A stretch of 32,000 bases of DNA from Mycolicibacterium smegmatis (GTDB taxonomy: Bacteria; Actinomycetota; Actinomycetes; Mycobacteriales; Mycobacteriaceae): contig NZ_LN831039.1 of the NCBI RefSeq assembly GCF_001457595.1, forward strand, positions 1,380,001 to 1,412,000. The letters are read 5' to 3'. Made by a program: the position numbers and the translations under genes. Under the pieces are notes generated by a model. It was not told where the DNA came from and searched no databases. It worked only from the letters and a program-made list of their open reading frames with translations. Of this stretch, positions 1 to 10,400 are shown piece by piece; position 1 is the first letter of the stretch; each line of letters begins with the position of its first letter.

Positions 1-626
1 GGCGCGGGTTTGGCGCGTCGAGTGGCCGTCGAGCGGTGCATGCCGGTCACCTCCGCGGCCTTGCGGGTCGGAATCTGGATATCCCGCAGATCGTTGTAGG
101 CATCCATCAGCGCTTGGTCGGCGGCGTGTCGGTGTCCGCGCTCTCGGAGAGAGACTCCAAGAGCGCGTGTGCTTTTCCCATGATCCCCAGGGCAGCCTCG
201 GTGGTCGCCAGCCGATTATTGGCCTGGGCGAGTTCCTTTTTCAGGCGGGCGATCTCGGCCTGCTCGCGGGTGAGTTTACCGACCTTCTCCCCAGGTGCCT
301 TGCCTTCCAACACCCCAGCATCGCGTTGTTTGCGCCACTCGGCGATCTGCGAGGAATACAACCCCTCACCGCGCAGGTACGCCCCACCATCGTTGGTCGT
401 ACAGGCCTGCTCATAGGCATCCAGGTGGGCCAGCTTCTGCGCCGGAGAAATCGAGCGCCGCCGGCGCGGGCCATCAGATCGCGGTGAAGGTGCCACCGCT
501 CCAGTCTCGCGCACAGCAGCCATCGTCGTCGTCATGGTTCAGGTGATTCCGTTCTCGCCCCGAGATCAAGCCAAGTTGCCAAGTTGCTAAGTACCAGTGG
601 ACTCAACTCACCCTGACACCCAGGGA
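1..626 (-). mobile_element. IS3-family insertion sequence, copy 1 (truncated by window start)
   Basis: Bases 1-626 match 13409-14034 by eye (offset 13408). This is the orfA-proximal end of the complete element at 12475-14034. It holds the first ~36 codons of orfB (1-107) and all of orfA. Identity stops after ...ctgacacccaggga. Confidence 0.85.
107..535 (-). CDS. IS3-family transposase OrfA (copy 1)
   Basis: 142-aa ORF identical to 13515-13943. Small basic protein with a leucine-zipper-like tail (REQAEIARLKKELAQANNRL), as in IS3 OrfA. GGGAAAA slippery heptamer near its 3' end (plus-strand ttttccc 173-179). Confidence 0.85.
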   Translation of the reverse strand: MTTTMAAVRETGAVAPSPRSDGPRRRRSISPAQKLAHLDAYEQACTTNDGGAYLRGEGLYSSQIAEWRKQRDAGVLEGKAPGEKVGKLTREQAEIARLKKELAQANNRLATTEAALGIMGKAHALLESLSESADTDTPPTKR

Positions 627-708
627 GAGGGCAAGTTGAGGCGCCGCCGGGGAGCTACCCCGATGGCGCCTCGCTGGGGTCTGCCGCACGATCAGGTGAC
701 AGATTCGG

Positions 709-999
709 TCACGCGGCCTGACTGGCCGGTGTGGTCATGATGGCTTCGAATTCGATCGGGGTCAACCGCCCAAGTCCGGCTTGTCGCCGGCGGCGATGGT
801 AGGTCCGTTCGATCCAGGTGACGATCGCGATCCGCAACTCTTCTCGTGTGCTCCAGCGGCGGCGATCGAGCACGTTCTTCTGGAGCAGGGCGAGGAAGCT
901 CTCCATGGCCGCATTGTCGCCGGCCGCGCCTACGCGGCCCATCGATCCGACCATCTCGTAGCGGCCGAGTGCGTGGACGAATCTTCGTGACCTGAATTG
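709..999 (-). pseudogene. IS3-family OrfB, C-terminal fragment (downstream of the IS30 insertion)
   Basis: Translation ...QFRSRRFVHALGRYEMVGSMGRVGAAGDNAAMESF...RLTPIEFE carries the third catalytic region (DNAxxES) of a DDE/rve integrase core. It continues directly from ...HSDRGSQ at 2455-2475 when 1000-2454 is removed. Confidence 0.8.
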
Positions 1000-1027
1000 G
1001 GCGGATTCAATCGGTGGTCGCAACACC
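1000..1027. repeat. IS30-family terminal inverted repeat (left)
   Basis: ggcggattcaatcggtggtcgcaacacc. About 24 of 28 positions match the reverse complement of 2427-2454. Confidence 0.8.
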
Positions 1028-2407
1028 GGCTTGATGAAGTGAGTGTAGGTGTTCGGCGAAGGCTTCCGCGGGAGTGCGCCAGCCGAGGGTTTTCCGCGGC
1101 CTGGTGTTGAGGGTATGGGCGATCGCTGCCACGTCCTCGGCCGACCATCTTGAGAGGTCGGTCCCTTTTGGAAAGTATTGGCGTAACAGGCCATTGGTGT
1201 TCTCATTGGTACCGCGCTGCCACGGACTCTTCGGATCAGCGAAGAACACCTTGACTCCGGAGGCGACCGAGAACTGGGCGTGCGCCGACAGTTCCTTGCC
1301 CCGGTCCCAGGTCAACGACCGACGCAGTTGCGCGGGCAACGTGGTGATCGTCTGTTCCAGAGCGTTGGCCATCGTGATGGCGCCATAGCCGGCCAACGCC
1401 GGCCCGTTCTTGGTCCGCGGAATTATCCCGTAACCAACTTCACGTGGCAGATGGACCAGCATGGTGAACCGGCTGCTGCGCTCGACCAGCGTGCCGATTG
1501 CACTGCGCTGCAAGCCAATCAGGAGATCACCCTCCCAATGTCCGGGAACAGCGCGATCATCGACCTCGGGTGGGCGTTGGCTGATCAACGTCTCAGGGGT
1601 GACATGGGCCCACGCCTTGGACCGCGTTCGTGCCCGCGGTACCCGCAGTGCCCGGCCTCGGCGCAGGCAGCTGACCAGATCCCGCTTCAGCGCACCGCGA
1701 GATTCGACGTACAGCGCTTGATAGATGGCCTCGTGGCTGATCCGCATAGTCACATCATCGGGGAAGTCCAGCGGGAGCCGTCGAGCGATCTGTTCTGGAC
1801 TCCATGCCTGCACCCAGGCCCGATCACCCCGGTGCGGCTTGTTGCGTCCCTTCCACGGGGCGGCGGCGGGACCGACGATGACCTGGCCATCAGCGCCGCG
1901 AACGACGCCGGACAGTTTGTCCTGGACGTACTGACGCAGCCGGTCGTTGCTAACGAGCTTGGCGGTCTTGGGGCGGCGGGCGCGCCGCTCGGCGTGCCAC
2001 TGCGCAGTGGAGGCCTTATAGTCGAGTCGATAGGTGCGGGTCGAGGCATTGCGGCGCAACTCCCGTGAGATGGTCGACGGTGCACGCTTGAGCCGCCGGG
2101 CGATCTCACGCACCCCGGCGCCCTGGGCGCGCCACAACGCGATGTTCTCACGTTCATCCGAGGACAGGTAACGTCCCGAAACTGTTTCTGGCAAGCATGG
2201 ATTCACTCCACCAGCGTGACGGAACCAGCGGAACCCAACCGGCGACGACACGCCCGCTTCGGCAGCGGCGTCCTCAGTCATAGCCCCCGCAGCGATCGCC
2301 GCCCAGAACCTCACCCGATCCTGACGCCACGCCACCGACGGCCGACCCGGAGACGGAATCTGTCCCCGATACAACCGAACCGCCCGCTGCCGATCCAACG
2401 CACCCAT
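1007..2407 (-). CDS. IS30-family transposase
   Basis: The ORF-track entry 1007-2485 starts outside the IS. The first in-element Met (MGALDRQ...) is at 2407. N-terminal HTH (REIARRLKRAPSTISRELRRN) and a DDE region with the IS30 signature HWEGDLLIG and ...LTWDRGKE.... Confidence 0.85.
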   Translation of the reverse strand: MGALDRQRAVRLYRGQIPSPGRPSVAWRQDRVRFWAAIAAGAMTEDAAAEAGVSSPVGFRWFRHAGGVNPCLPETVSGRYLSSDERENIALWRAQGAGVREIARRLKRAPSTISRELRRNASTRTYRLDYKASTAQWHAERRARRPKTAKLVSNDRLRQYVQDKLSGVVRGADGQVIVGPAAAPWKGRNKPHRGDRAWVQAWSPEQIARRLPLDFPDDVTMRISHEAIYQALYVESRGALKRDLVSCLRRGRALRVPRARTRSKAWAHVTPETLISQRPPEVDDRAVPGHWEGDLLIGLQRSAIGTLVERSSRFTMLVHLPREVGYGIIPRTKNGPALAGYGAITMANALEQTITTLPAQLRRSLTWDRGKELSAHAQFSVASGVKVFFADPKSPWQRGTNENTNGLLRQYFPKGTDLSRWSAEDVAAIAHTLNTRPRKTLGWRTPAEAFAEHLHSLHQAGVATTD

Positions 2408-2426
2408 TCCACACCTCCATAATCGA

Positions 2427-2454
2427 GGTGTTGCGACGATCAGTTGAATCCGCC
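2427..2454. repeat. IS30-family terminal inverted repeat (right)
   Basis: Reverse complement reads ggcggattcaactgatcgtcgcaacacc. Pairs with 1000-1027. Confidence 0.8.
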
Positions 2455-3045
2455 TTGAGATCCGCGATCGGAGTGCAGAATGCAACCGGCAACATCACCG
2501 CGGCGTGCCACCGCACTACTGAGCGCTGTGGTGGCCAGCCGGGACTTCATCCGGGCGTCGATCGAGTATCCGACGATGCGGTTGGAGAACATGTCCTTGA
2601 TGGCACAGAGGTAGAGCTTGCCTTCGTCGGTGCGATGTTCGGTGATATCGCTGAGCCACAGCTGATTTGGGCCACCGGCGGTGAAGTCGCGTTCGACAAG
2701 ATCATCGTGCACCGGCGGGCCGACCTTGCCGTTCTTGCCGCGCTTCTTGCCGAACACGCTCCACAACCGATTCTGTGAGCAGATCCGCCAAGCCGTGCGC
2801 TCGGCCATCGTCTCGCCAGCGTCGCGGGCCTCCTCGACCAGGTAGCGGTAGCCGAACTCGGGATCGTCGCGGTGGGCGTCGAACAGGGCGTTGGCGCGAT
2901 ATGCCTCGATGATCTCCGCATCAGTAATCGGATTGGCGCGCCAACGGTAGTACGGCTGGCGGGCGAGCTTGAGGACCCGGCACGTCACCGCGACGGGGAT
3001 CCCGTCGGCGGCGAGCTCACTTACGAGCGGGTAGAGCCTTTTCCC
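2455..3045 (-). pseudogene. IS3-family OrfB, N-terminal part (truncated by IS30)
   Basis: The -1 frame after the GGGAAAA heptamer reads ...LYPLVSELAADGIPVAVTCRVLKLARQPYYRW...NQLWLSDITEH...HSDRGSQ, then runs into the IS30 end (GGFN stop). Confidence 0.8.
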
Positions 3046-3329
3046 GGGAGGTTGGCCTGTGACAGATAGGCCGTGGCCCGGCGCAGGACCTCGTTCTCCT
3101 GCTCGAGCAGCTTGATCCGCCGCCGGGCCTCACGCAGCTCAGCAGACTCGCCGGTGCTCTTGCCAGGCTTGGCGCCTTCGTCGATATCAGCCTGGCGCAT
3201 CCACTTGTGCAAGGTCATCGGATGGACACCGAAATCGGTGGCGATCTGCTCGATCGTCACCCCGTCATCGCGGTTGCGAGCCACGCGCACGACATCATCG
3301 CGGAACTCACGGGGGTAGGGCCTTGCCAT
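3021..3329 (-). CDS. IS3-family transposase OrfA (second element)
   Basis: MARPYPREFRDDVVRVARNRDDGVTIEQIATDFGVHPMTLHKWMRQ... (HTH), then ELREARRRIKLLEQENEVLRRATAYL (zipper). Start taken at Met 3329, not the ORF-track Met at 3380, which lies at the IS end. Confidence 0.8.
   Translation of the reverse strand: MARPYPREFRDDVVRVARNRDDGVTIEQIATDFGVHPMTLHKWMRQADIDEGAKPGKSTGESAELREARRRIKLLEQENEVLRRATAYLSQANLPGKGSTRS
3039..3045 (-). promoter_or_regulatory. -1 programmed ribosomal frameshift heptamer G_GGA_AAA (OrfA->OrfAB)
   Basis: Minus strand reads ccc ggg aaa agg. The zero frame ends 7 codons later, and the -1 frame opens into typical OrfB sequence. Confidence 0.6.
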
Positions 3330-3883
3330 GGGGACATCCTTCCAGCCTGCCCACGCTGGGCAAGCCAACTCAGATGTCACCTATTCGTGCAGCAGACCCT
3401 AATGGCTTGTTGACGAACTGGATTGGCGGCCTGTTGCAACGCGTCATCTACCACTGTCGCGACAATGGTTTGCCCCATCTCAGCTCGCTGTGTGTTACTG
3501 CCGACGGAACTGTAGGAACAGGTTACGGCAGCGTTCCGCTTCGTCTTGGTGACGTCGAGTCGACGAGTTTCGACCAACTCGACGACCACGCGGCAAGATA
3601 CGACTCGAGTGTTACCGGTACTTCGGCGCCGAGATGCCCTCGGGAGGGGCGAGCCAACGCTCACACCCAAGGCGATGGCTGTGCGAGAGTGGAAACTCGC
3701 GCAGGCAAAGATGGCGCAGCCGCCAGAGATTTGTCCCGTTCACTTCATCGACCCTGCCTGCGACCGGACGATGCGATGAGTGCGATTAGGGCTGAACTCC
3801 CAGAAGCGTCCGGGGTGTCGGTGCCCTCTGTCATTCTGTGTGGCTCGCATGCGCGGGCTACGGAATGACGGAAGGAGCGTCTG

Positions 3884-4249
3884 GTGATCATCACCTATCC
3901 CGCACGATGGCGGGCATCAACCGTGGCACTCTGTGTCGTCGCGACGGCCGCGACCGCGACCGCACTCGCCGCCCCAGCGCACGCCGACCAGTACGACTTC
4001 GTGTCGATGTTGGACAACGAAGGCGTGTATTACTCGTCGATCACTGACGTGATCGATCAAGGCAAGATGGCATGCCGCATGCTGCGCAGTGGTGCGGGCA
4101 TGCCGGCCACGTTGGACTATGTCGCCGGTGGCGGTTACGCCCCGTACGAGACGGCGGTCGTTGTCGCCTCGGCCGCGGTGAATATGTGCCCCGACGTGTT
4201 GCCGACCGTCCGGGCGTTCCTCGGCAGCGGCCCCACCACTGGTGCGTAG
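3884..4249 (+). CDS. DUF732-like secreted protein
   Basis: GTG start preceded by GGAAGGAG. Signal peptide (...ATATALAAPAHA/DQ). Mature part DQYDFVSMLDNEGVYY...DQGKMACRMLRSG...AAVNMCP, with the two Cys and the helical pattern typical of mycobacterial DUF732. Confidence 0.7.
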   Translation: MIITYPARWRASTVALCVVATAATATALAAPAHADQYDFVSMLDNEGVYYSSITDVIDQGKMACRMLRSGAGMPATLDYVAGGGYAPYETAVVVASAAVNMCPDVLPTVRAFLGSGPTTGA

Positions 4250-4434
4250 CGCAGCGCTCGCCGGAACCCGAGGTCGCCAATGTCGCAACACAATCCATTT
4301 AGAGTAAAAACTAGCAAAGACTGCCTAAGCATGTTTTCATTGCTGTCAATTAAGTCGGACTTCCTTCCCACCAGCTCGCGCTGCGTCAGGCGGGTAGCGG
4401 CCGTCCGTACGAGGTCACACGAGGGGGAGCTCTA

Positions 4435-7400
4435 GTGATTAACACTGGCGATCATCATGCTCTGGTCGGGCAGGCACTGACCGTGCTGGCTCGGGGTCTG
4501 TCCCCATTTGTCAATCACGTTCTCGCCAAGGCGGTACCGCCGGGAACGGAGTGGCCGGAGCTGCTCCGTCGCAAAGACGCCGCCAACGGCCGCGGCGGTG
4601 GCGAATACCGCAGCACCGACCTGGCCATGATGCTGCGCGCCATGACCGAACGCGTCGGCGACGTCGGTTGGCCGTTCAACCGCAGCATGCCGCGGCAGGC
4701 CGAGATCTATGCCAAGGAACTGCGCGAAGTCCGCAACAAGTGGGCACACACCGGCGAATTCACGGCGCCCGAGGCCTACCGGGCCATCGACTCCGCCGAG
4801 CTGCTGCTACGCGCCATCGACGCCCCCGAACCGGCTGCGGCCCTGGCCCAGCTCAAGGCCGCGGTCTCACCGCTCGCCACCGGCACGCCGACCAACTCCG
4901 AGACGCCGGTAACCACGACCACGGCCACCAAAACCGCGCCGCACGTGCTCACGCCACCGCGGCCGCCGCACCCCGACGCACCACGCATCGACATCGCCGC
5001 GATACCGGACCTCAGCTACGCGATGGCGCACTGCCGTATCCCGGTGATCGACCACATCACCATCGACAACACCTTCGGTGACCTGCTCGGCGCCACCATC
5101 GAGATCGACGTCGTCAGTGCCGAAGGCTCGCACGGTGGTCCTCGTGAAGTCCACGCCGACCTTTCGCCCGGCCGACCGACCACACTGCGCGACGTCGACC
5201 TCAAACTCGACCCGGCCTCCATGCTCACCGTCGACGAGCAGCGCCCCGCCGACATCCGCGTCGTCGTCCGCGACCCCGCCGGCACCGCACTGGCCGAGGC
5301 CGCGCACCCGGTCAATGTCCTGGCCGCCAACCAGTGGAAAGCGTCGCCGACACAGCTCGCGCTGGAGATGCTCGCCGCCTATGTACAGCCGAACAGCACA
5401 GCCGTGGCGGCGCTCATGCCCAAGGTGTCCGATCGTCTGCTCGCGACCACCGGGAACTCGGCGATCGACGGCTACCAGAGCGAGAATCCCGACCGTGTCG
5501 ACGCCATCGCCCGCGCGGTGTTCGAGGCGATGCGCGCCTGCGACATCCGTTACGCCGAGCCACCGGCCAGCTGGGGCGACGACGGCCAAAAGGTGCGCAC
5601 GCCAGCCGAAGTCCTCGAAGGCCGGCTCGGCACCTGCCTGGACACCACCCTGACCATGGCCGCCGTGCTGGAGCAGGCCGGCATCAACACCACCATCTGG
5701 GTGCTGCGCGGGCACGCCTTCCTCGGCTACTGGCGCACCGACTCCGCCCTGAGCACGGTGTCGACGACCGAAGCGGTCGAGGTGGCCAACCAGGTTGACC
5801 TCGGCGCCATCGGCCTGATCGAGACCACGATGGTCACCCAATCGGCCGACGGCGCGACCTTCGACGACGCCCGCGCCGTCCCCCGGATCAAGTACCTGTC
5901 CGACGGGCTCGGCGACGTCATCGGCATCACCGACATCCGTCAGGCCCGGCAGGCGCGGATCCACCCGCTGCCAAGCCGCGCAGTCGACGACCAGGGCAAT
6001 GTCGTTGTCACCGAGTACAAACCGGCCAACGGCCCGGTGATCATGCCCTACGTCGCGACCGGGACCAAGGCAGCCGCCCCACAGGGAGCTGTTCCGGCCC
6101 GGGTCACCCAGTGGAAGAACGCCCTGCTCGACCTCAGCCTGCGCAACCGGTTGATCAACTTCACCGACCGGGCCGGCTTCCGGATCGAAATCCCCGGTCC
6201 CGCTCTCGCCCGGTTCGAGGACGCCATCAACGCCGGCGACAAGATCACGCTGATGGCGTCGGATGCGGTGAAAAGCGTGGACCAGGCCCGCGGCATTCGA
6301 TTCGGCCGCGACCTCCCGGAGCAGGAACGCGAGCTGCTGCTCGCCGACAAGCACAGCGCCTACATCGACATCACCGACGCGTCCTACCAACGCGGCCTGC
6401 GCAACCTCGCCTACAAGGCACGGACGATCCGGGAAGAGACCGGGGCCAACAACCTCTACCTCGCGTTCGGGATGCTGAGCTGGCACCTCAACGACCGGGA
6501 ACTGCGCTCCCCGCTCATCCTGGTGCCGGTGTCGCTGAGCACCTCCAACCGCGGCCAAAGCTACGTGCTGACCATCGATGACGCCGGCGCGTCGACGCCC
6601 AACTACTGCCTGGTCGAAAAGCTCCGCACCGCACTGGGACTGGAGATTCCCGGCCTGGCCAACCCCGATGAGGACGCGTCGGGCATCGACCTGGCCGGCA
6701 CCTTCAACTCCGTGCGTCACGCCATCGCCGATGCCGGTCTGGCCTTCCGCGTCGAAGACACGGTGCACCTGTCGATCCTGCAGTTCGCCAAGTTCCCGCT
6801 GTGGAAAGACCTCGACGAGTCCTGGGAAGCGCTGTCGCGCAACCCTTTGGTGAAGCACCTGATCGAGACGCCGACCAGCCAGTTCGTCGACCCGGTGGCG
6901 CCGCCGGAAGATGTCGACCTCGACGAGCTCGGTGCGTCGGTCCCGGTTCCCGCGGACTCCTCGCAGCTGCGGGCCGTGGCGGAAGCCGTGGGTGGACGCA
7001 CGTTCGTCCTGGAGGGGCCTCCCGGCACCGGCAAGTCGCAGACGATCACCAATCTCCTGGCGCACGCCATGGCCGCCGGGCGGCGGGTGCTGTTCGTCGC
7101 GGAGAAACGCGCTGCTCTCGACGTGGTGAAAAAGCGCCTGGAAAGTGTTGGCCTGGGCGAACTGTCGCTCGATCTGCACGACAAGTCGGCACGGCCGGCC
7201 GCGGTGCGCGCGCAGATCAAGGAAGCGTTGGAGCTGCGGGTCACCCACGACGCCGACCTGTTGCGCACCAAACTGCAATCCGCGGAATCCAGCCGCCGCT
7301 CTCTCGCGCGGTATGCCGAGCGTCTGCACGAGATGAACGCCGTCGGTCACTCGCTGTACACCGCGCGCTCGCGTGAGCTCGCCGCCGATCCCGACGTCGA

Positions 7401-10400
7401 GCCGTTCGAGGTGCCGAAATCCCTGGTGGCCAGCGCGGACCCGTCGATCTTGGACGCGGTCGACGAAGTGATGCGGGGGTTGCCGGAGAAGGTTGACCTG
7501 GCCCGGCCTCGCCGGGAGCACGCATGGGGTTTCATCGACTCCGTACCCGCCTCAGGTCTCGACGCGGCGGAGGTCTACACCGCGGCCGTGGAGTTCGACG
7601 CCGCTCTGGAGGACGTGCTGGAGGGCGGTCTGGCCCTCGACCAGCTCGCCAAAGCGCACAGCCCGAACGCGGTGGTCGCCTGGGCTCGGCTGGCAGCTGA
7701 ACCCCGGTTCCCGCTCGACGCCGTCGACAGCCTGCATGAGGCCGAGGGCCAGAACCAGCTCAACGGGATCGACCAGCTGTCAGCCAAGCTCGGTGCCACA
7801 CAACCGGACTGGTTGGCGACCGCCACGCCGGCGGCGATGGACCTCGACATCCCGGCGATCCACAAGTCGGCGGTCGAGGCGGACGAGTCGGGCTTCTTCG
7901 GCCGCAAGAAGCGTCGGCGCGCCGTGCGGGAGCAACTCGCCGATGTGTTGGCGGTCGACCCGTCGACGGTGAAGCTCAAGACACTGTCCACGCTGACCGC
8001 CGACATCGAGACGACGTACCGCGACGTGTCAGACCTTCGGGGCCGCGTCGCCAAACTGCCGACGCGACTGATCGACCCGTCCTGGAACCCGCTCGTCAGC
8101 GACGACGCCACCCGGCTGGCCGACGCGCTGGCCGCGGTGCGGCGCGTCGGAAAGGTCCTCTCGGAACATCCGGACGAGCCACGGATCAGCGCGATGCGCG
8201 CGTTCTACCGTGACACCGGCCAGGGTGCGTTGGCGCAGCCGTTGCAGCGGTTGGCGTCCGCGTGGCAGCGACTGACCGCGGTGACGGGTACTTCCGAGGA
8301 TGGCCAGCGGATGTGGGCCGGGGAGGGTTCGTTCCTTGAGCAGTGGTGGGCGACACGGGGCGACAGGAAACTTCAGACACCCGCCTCGGCGGAACGCTGG
8401 GTCGACCTGCTCACCCATGTTGAGCCGCTGCGCAAGGCCGGTATGGACCATGTCCGCGTCGACATCCTCAAGGGCATGGTGGTGCCCGAGGATGCCCCGT
8501 TGGCGTTCGACCACGGCGCGGCACGGGCCTCGGTCACCGAGCGTCTGGAGGCCAGCGCCCTCGGCGACTTCCACGTCACCGCCCACAACAAGACGATCCA
8601 GCGGTTCACCTCCAGCGCGAGCGCGATCCGCGAGGAGCTCCGCCGGGCCATCCCCGCAGAGTTGTTGGGCAGCCGCACGTTCGACGCCGCCGCTGACACC
8701 GGGCAGGTAGGTGGCTTGCGCCGTCAACTCGACCGCAAGCGTGGCGGCATGAGCGTGCGGGCACTGATGGACAACTTCGGTGAGCTGATCACCCAGATCC
8801 TGCCCTGCACGCTGATGAGCCCGGACTCGGTCGCACGGTTCTTTCCCGCACGCCCGGACATCTTCGACATCGTCGTGTTCGACGAGGCCTCGCAGATCCG
8901 GGTTGCCGACGCGATCGGCGCCATGGGACGCGCGAAATCGGTTGTCGTCGTGGGTGACAGCAAGCAGATGCCGCCGACGAGCTTCGCCGAGGCGAGCGCC
9001 ACGGTCGACGACGACGAGGACTACAACCCCGATGTGGTCGCCGACGAAGAGTCGATCCTCACTGAGTGCGTGCACGCGCAGGTCCCGCAGCAGTGGCTGT
9101 CGTGGCACTACCGCAGCCAGGACGAAGCCCTCATTGCGTTCAGCAACGTGCATTACTACGGCGGCCAGCTGGCGTCGTTCCCGGCGCCCCACGCCGGCAC
9201 CGCTGGGCACGGCATCTCGCTGGTGCGGGTCGACGGGCACTTCGAGCGGTCAGGTAAAGGAAAGACCCTGCGCACCAACCGTGTCGAGGCCGAACGCATC
9301 GTCGAGGACATCCGCCGCCGCTTCGCGGAATCACCCGACAGGGCGCCGTCGCTCGGTGTGATCACCTTCAACGCACAGCAGCGTGACCTGATCGAGAACA
9401 TGCTGCGTGATACCCGCGACGAGCGGCTGTTGGCAGCACTCGACGAACCCGATGGGCTTTTCGTCAAGAACCTGGAGAACGTGCAGGGGGACGAACGCGA
9501 CACCATCCTGTTCTCGGTGGCGTTCAGCAAGAAGGAAAACGGCGTTCTGCCGTTGAACTTCGGTCCGCTGTCACGACCAGGTGGGGAGCGGCGGCTCAAC
9601 GTGGCCGTCACCCGCGCGCGCCGGGAAGTGGTGCTCTATGCCAGCTTCGACCCCGCCGACCTGCGGGCAGAAGAAACCACACAGGTCGGGACCAAGCACT
9701 TGAAGGCATACCTGGAGCTCGCGGCGCGCGGTGTGGACACCATCATCGACGGCGGCAAGCGCCAGCCGGTGATCGACCGGCACCGTGACGACATCGCCGA
9801 AGCCCTGCGTAACGAAGGCTTCGTCGTCCGCACCGACGTCGGGTTGTCAGAGTTCCGCGTCGACTTGGTGATCGCCGATCCTGATGAGCCGGATCGCGCG
9901 CTTGTCGCGGTCTTGCTGGACGGCGCCGAGTGGTACCGCCGCAAGACTGTCGCCGACCGTGACGGACTGCCCATCGACGTCCTGTCGAATCTCATGCACT
10001 GGCCGTCTGTCGAACGCGTATGGATGCCGGAATGGCTGAACTACCGTGAGGCAACGCTCGAACGGCTTCGCCAAGCGGTCGACGACGCCAAGCAACGGTT
10101 GGCGCAGCCGGTGGAGAAACCGTCCGAGCCGGTCGAGACTCCCACCCTCGTGATTCCTCCGCCGGTTACTGGACCGGAGCACGAGCCCGCGACGATCGGG
10201 TCGCTGAAGTCGGCACCCACCGTGACGGCGCCGAAGCCCAAGCAGCACCCCAACATCCGGGCCTTCGAGGAGTGGTCGCCACGCATCGCCGGTGACAAGT
10301 CGGTGCTCGATGCGCTTCCGAGTCCGTGGGCCAGAAGCCAAGTGCTGACGGTGGCGCGCGAGATCATCGAGGTCGAGGCGCCGATTCACCGTGACCGGCT

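Larger units (their letters stand above)
1000..2454 (-). mobile_element. IS30-family insertion sequence (1455 bp) inserted into IS3 orfB
   Basis: About 28-bp imperfect terminal inverted repeats: GGCGGATTCAA..GTCGCAACACC at 1000-1027, reverse-complemented at 2427-2454. 3-bp direct repeat TTG at 997-999 and 2455-2457. Excising the element restores the host reading frame (S-Q-F-R). Confidence 0.85.
694..3382 (-). mobile_element. Second, unrelated IS3-family element, disrupted by an IS30-family insertion
   Basis: orfA (3021-3329) plus an orfB split into 2455-3045 and 709-999. Short terminal inverted repeat AGGTGACA at 694-701, reverse-complemented at 3375-3382. About 1.23 kb once the IS30 insert is removed. 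Ends are uncertain by a few bp. Confidence 0.65.

Noticed and set aside
2408-2485. N-terminal extension of the IS30 transposase ORF (ORF-track start at 2485).
   Set aside because: The extension crosses the IS30 terminal inverted repeat (end at 2454) into host IS3 sequence, so it is a read-in artefact. The first Met inside the element (2407) was used instead.
3323-3868. 181-aa plus-strand ORF between the IS3 end and the DUF732 gene.
   Set aside because: It starts inside the IS terminus. It has no RBS or motif support, and its composition is odd toward the C-terminus. It may be a remnant of a disrupted gene, but I cannot support calling it a CDS.
4867-7521. 884-aa ORF antisense to the Hhe-like gene. 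Similar long antisense ORFs lie at 8029-9240, 5078-5653, 6801-7376 and other positions.
   Set aside because: These are typical shadow ORFs of high-GC DNA. The translations are Arg/Gly/Pro/Val-rich with low complexity and no motifs. The opposite strand encodes a motif-rich, continuous 2122-aa protein.
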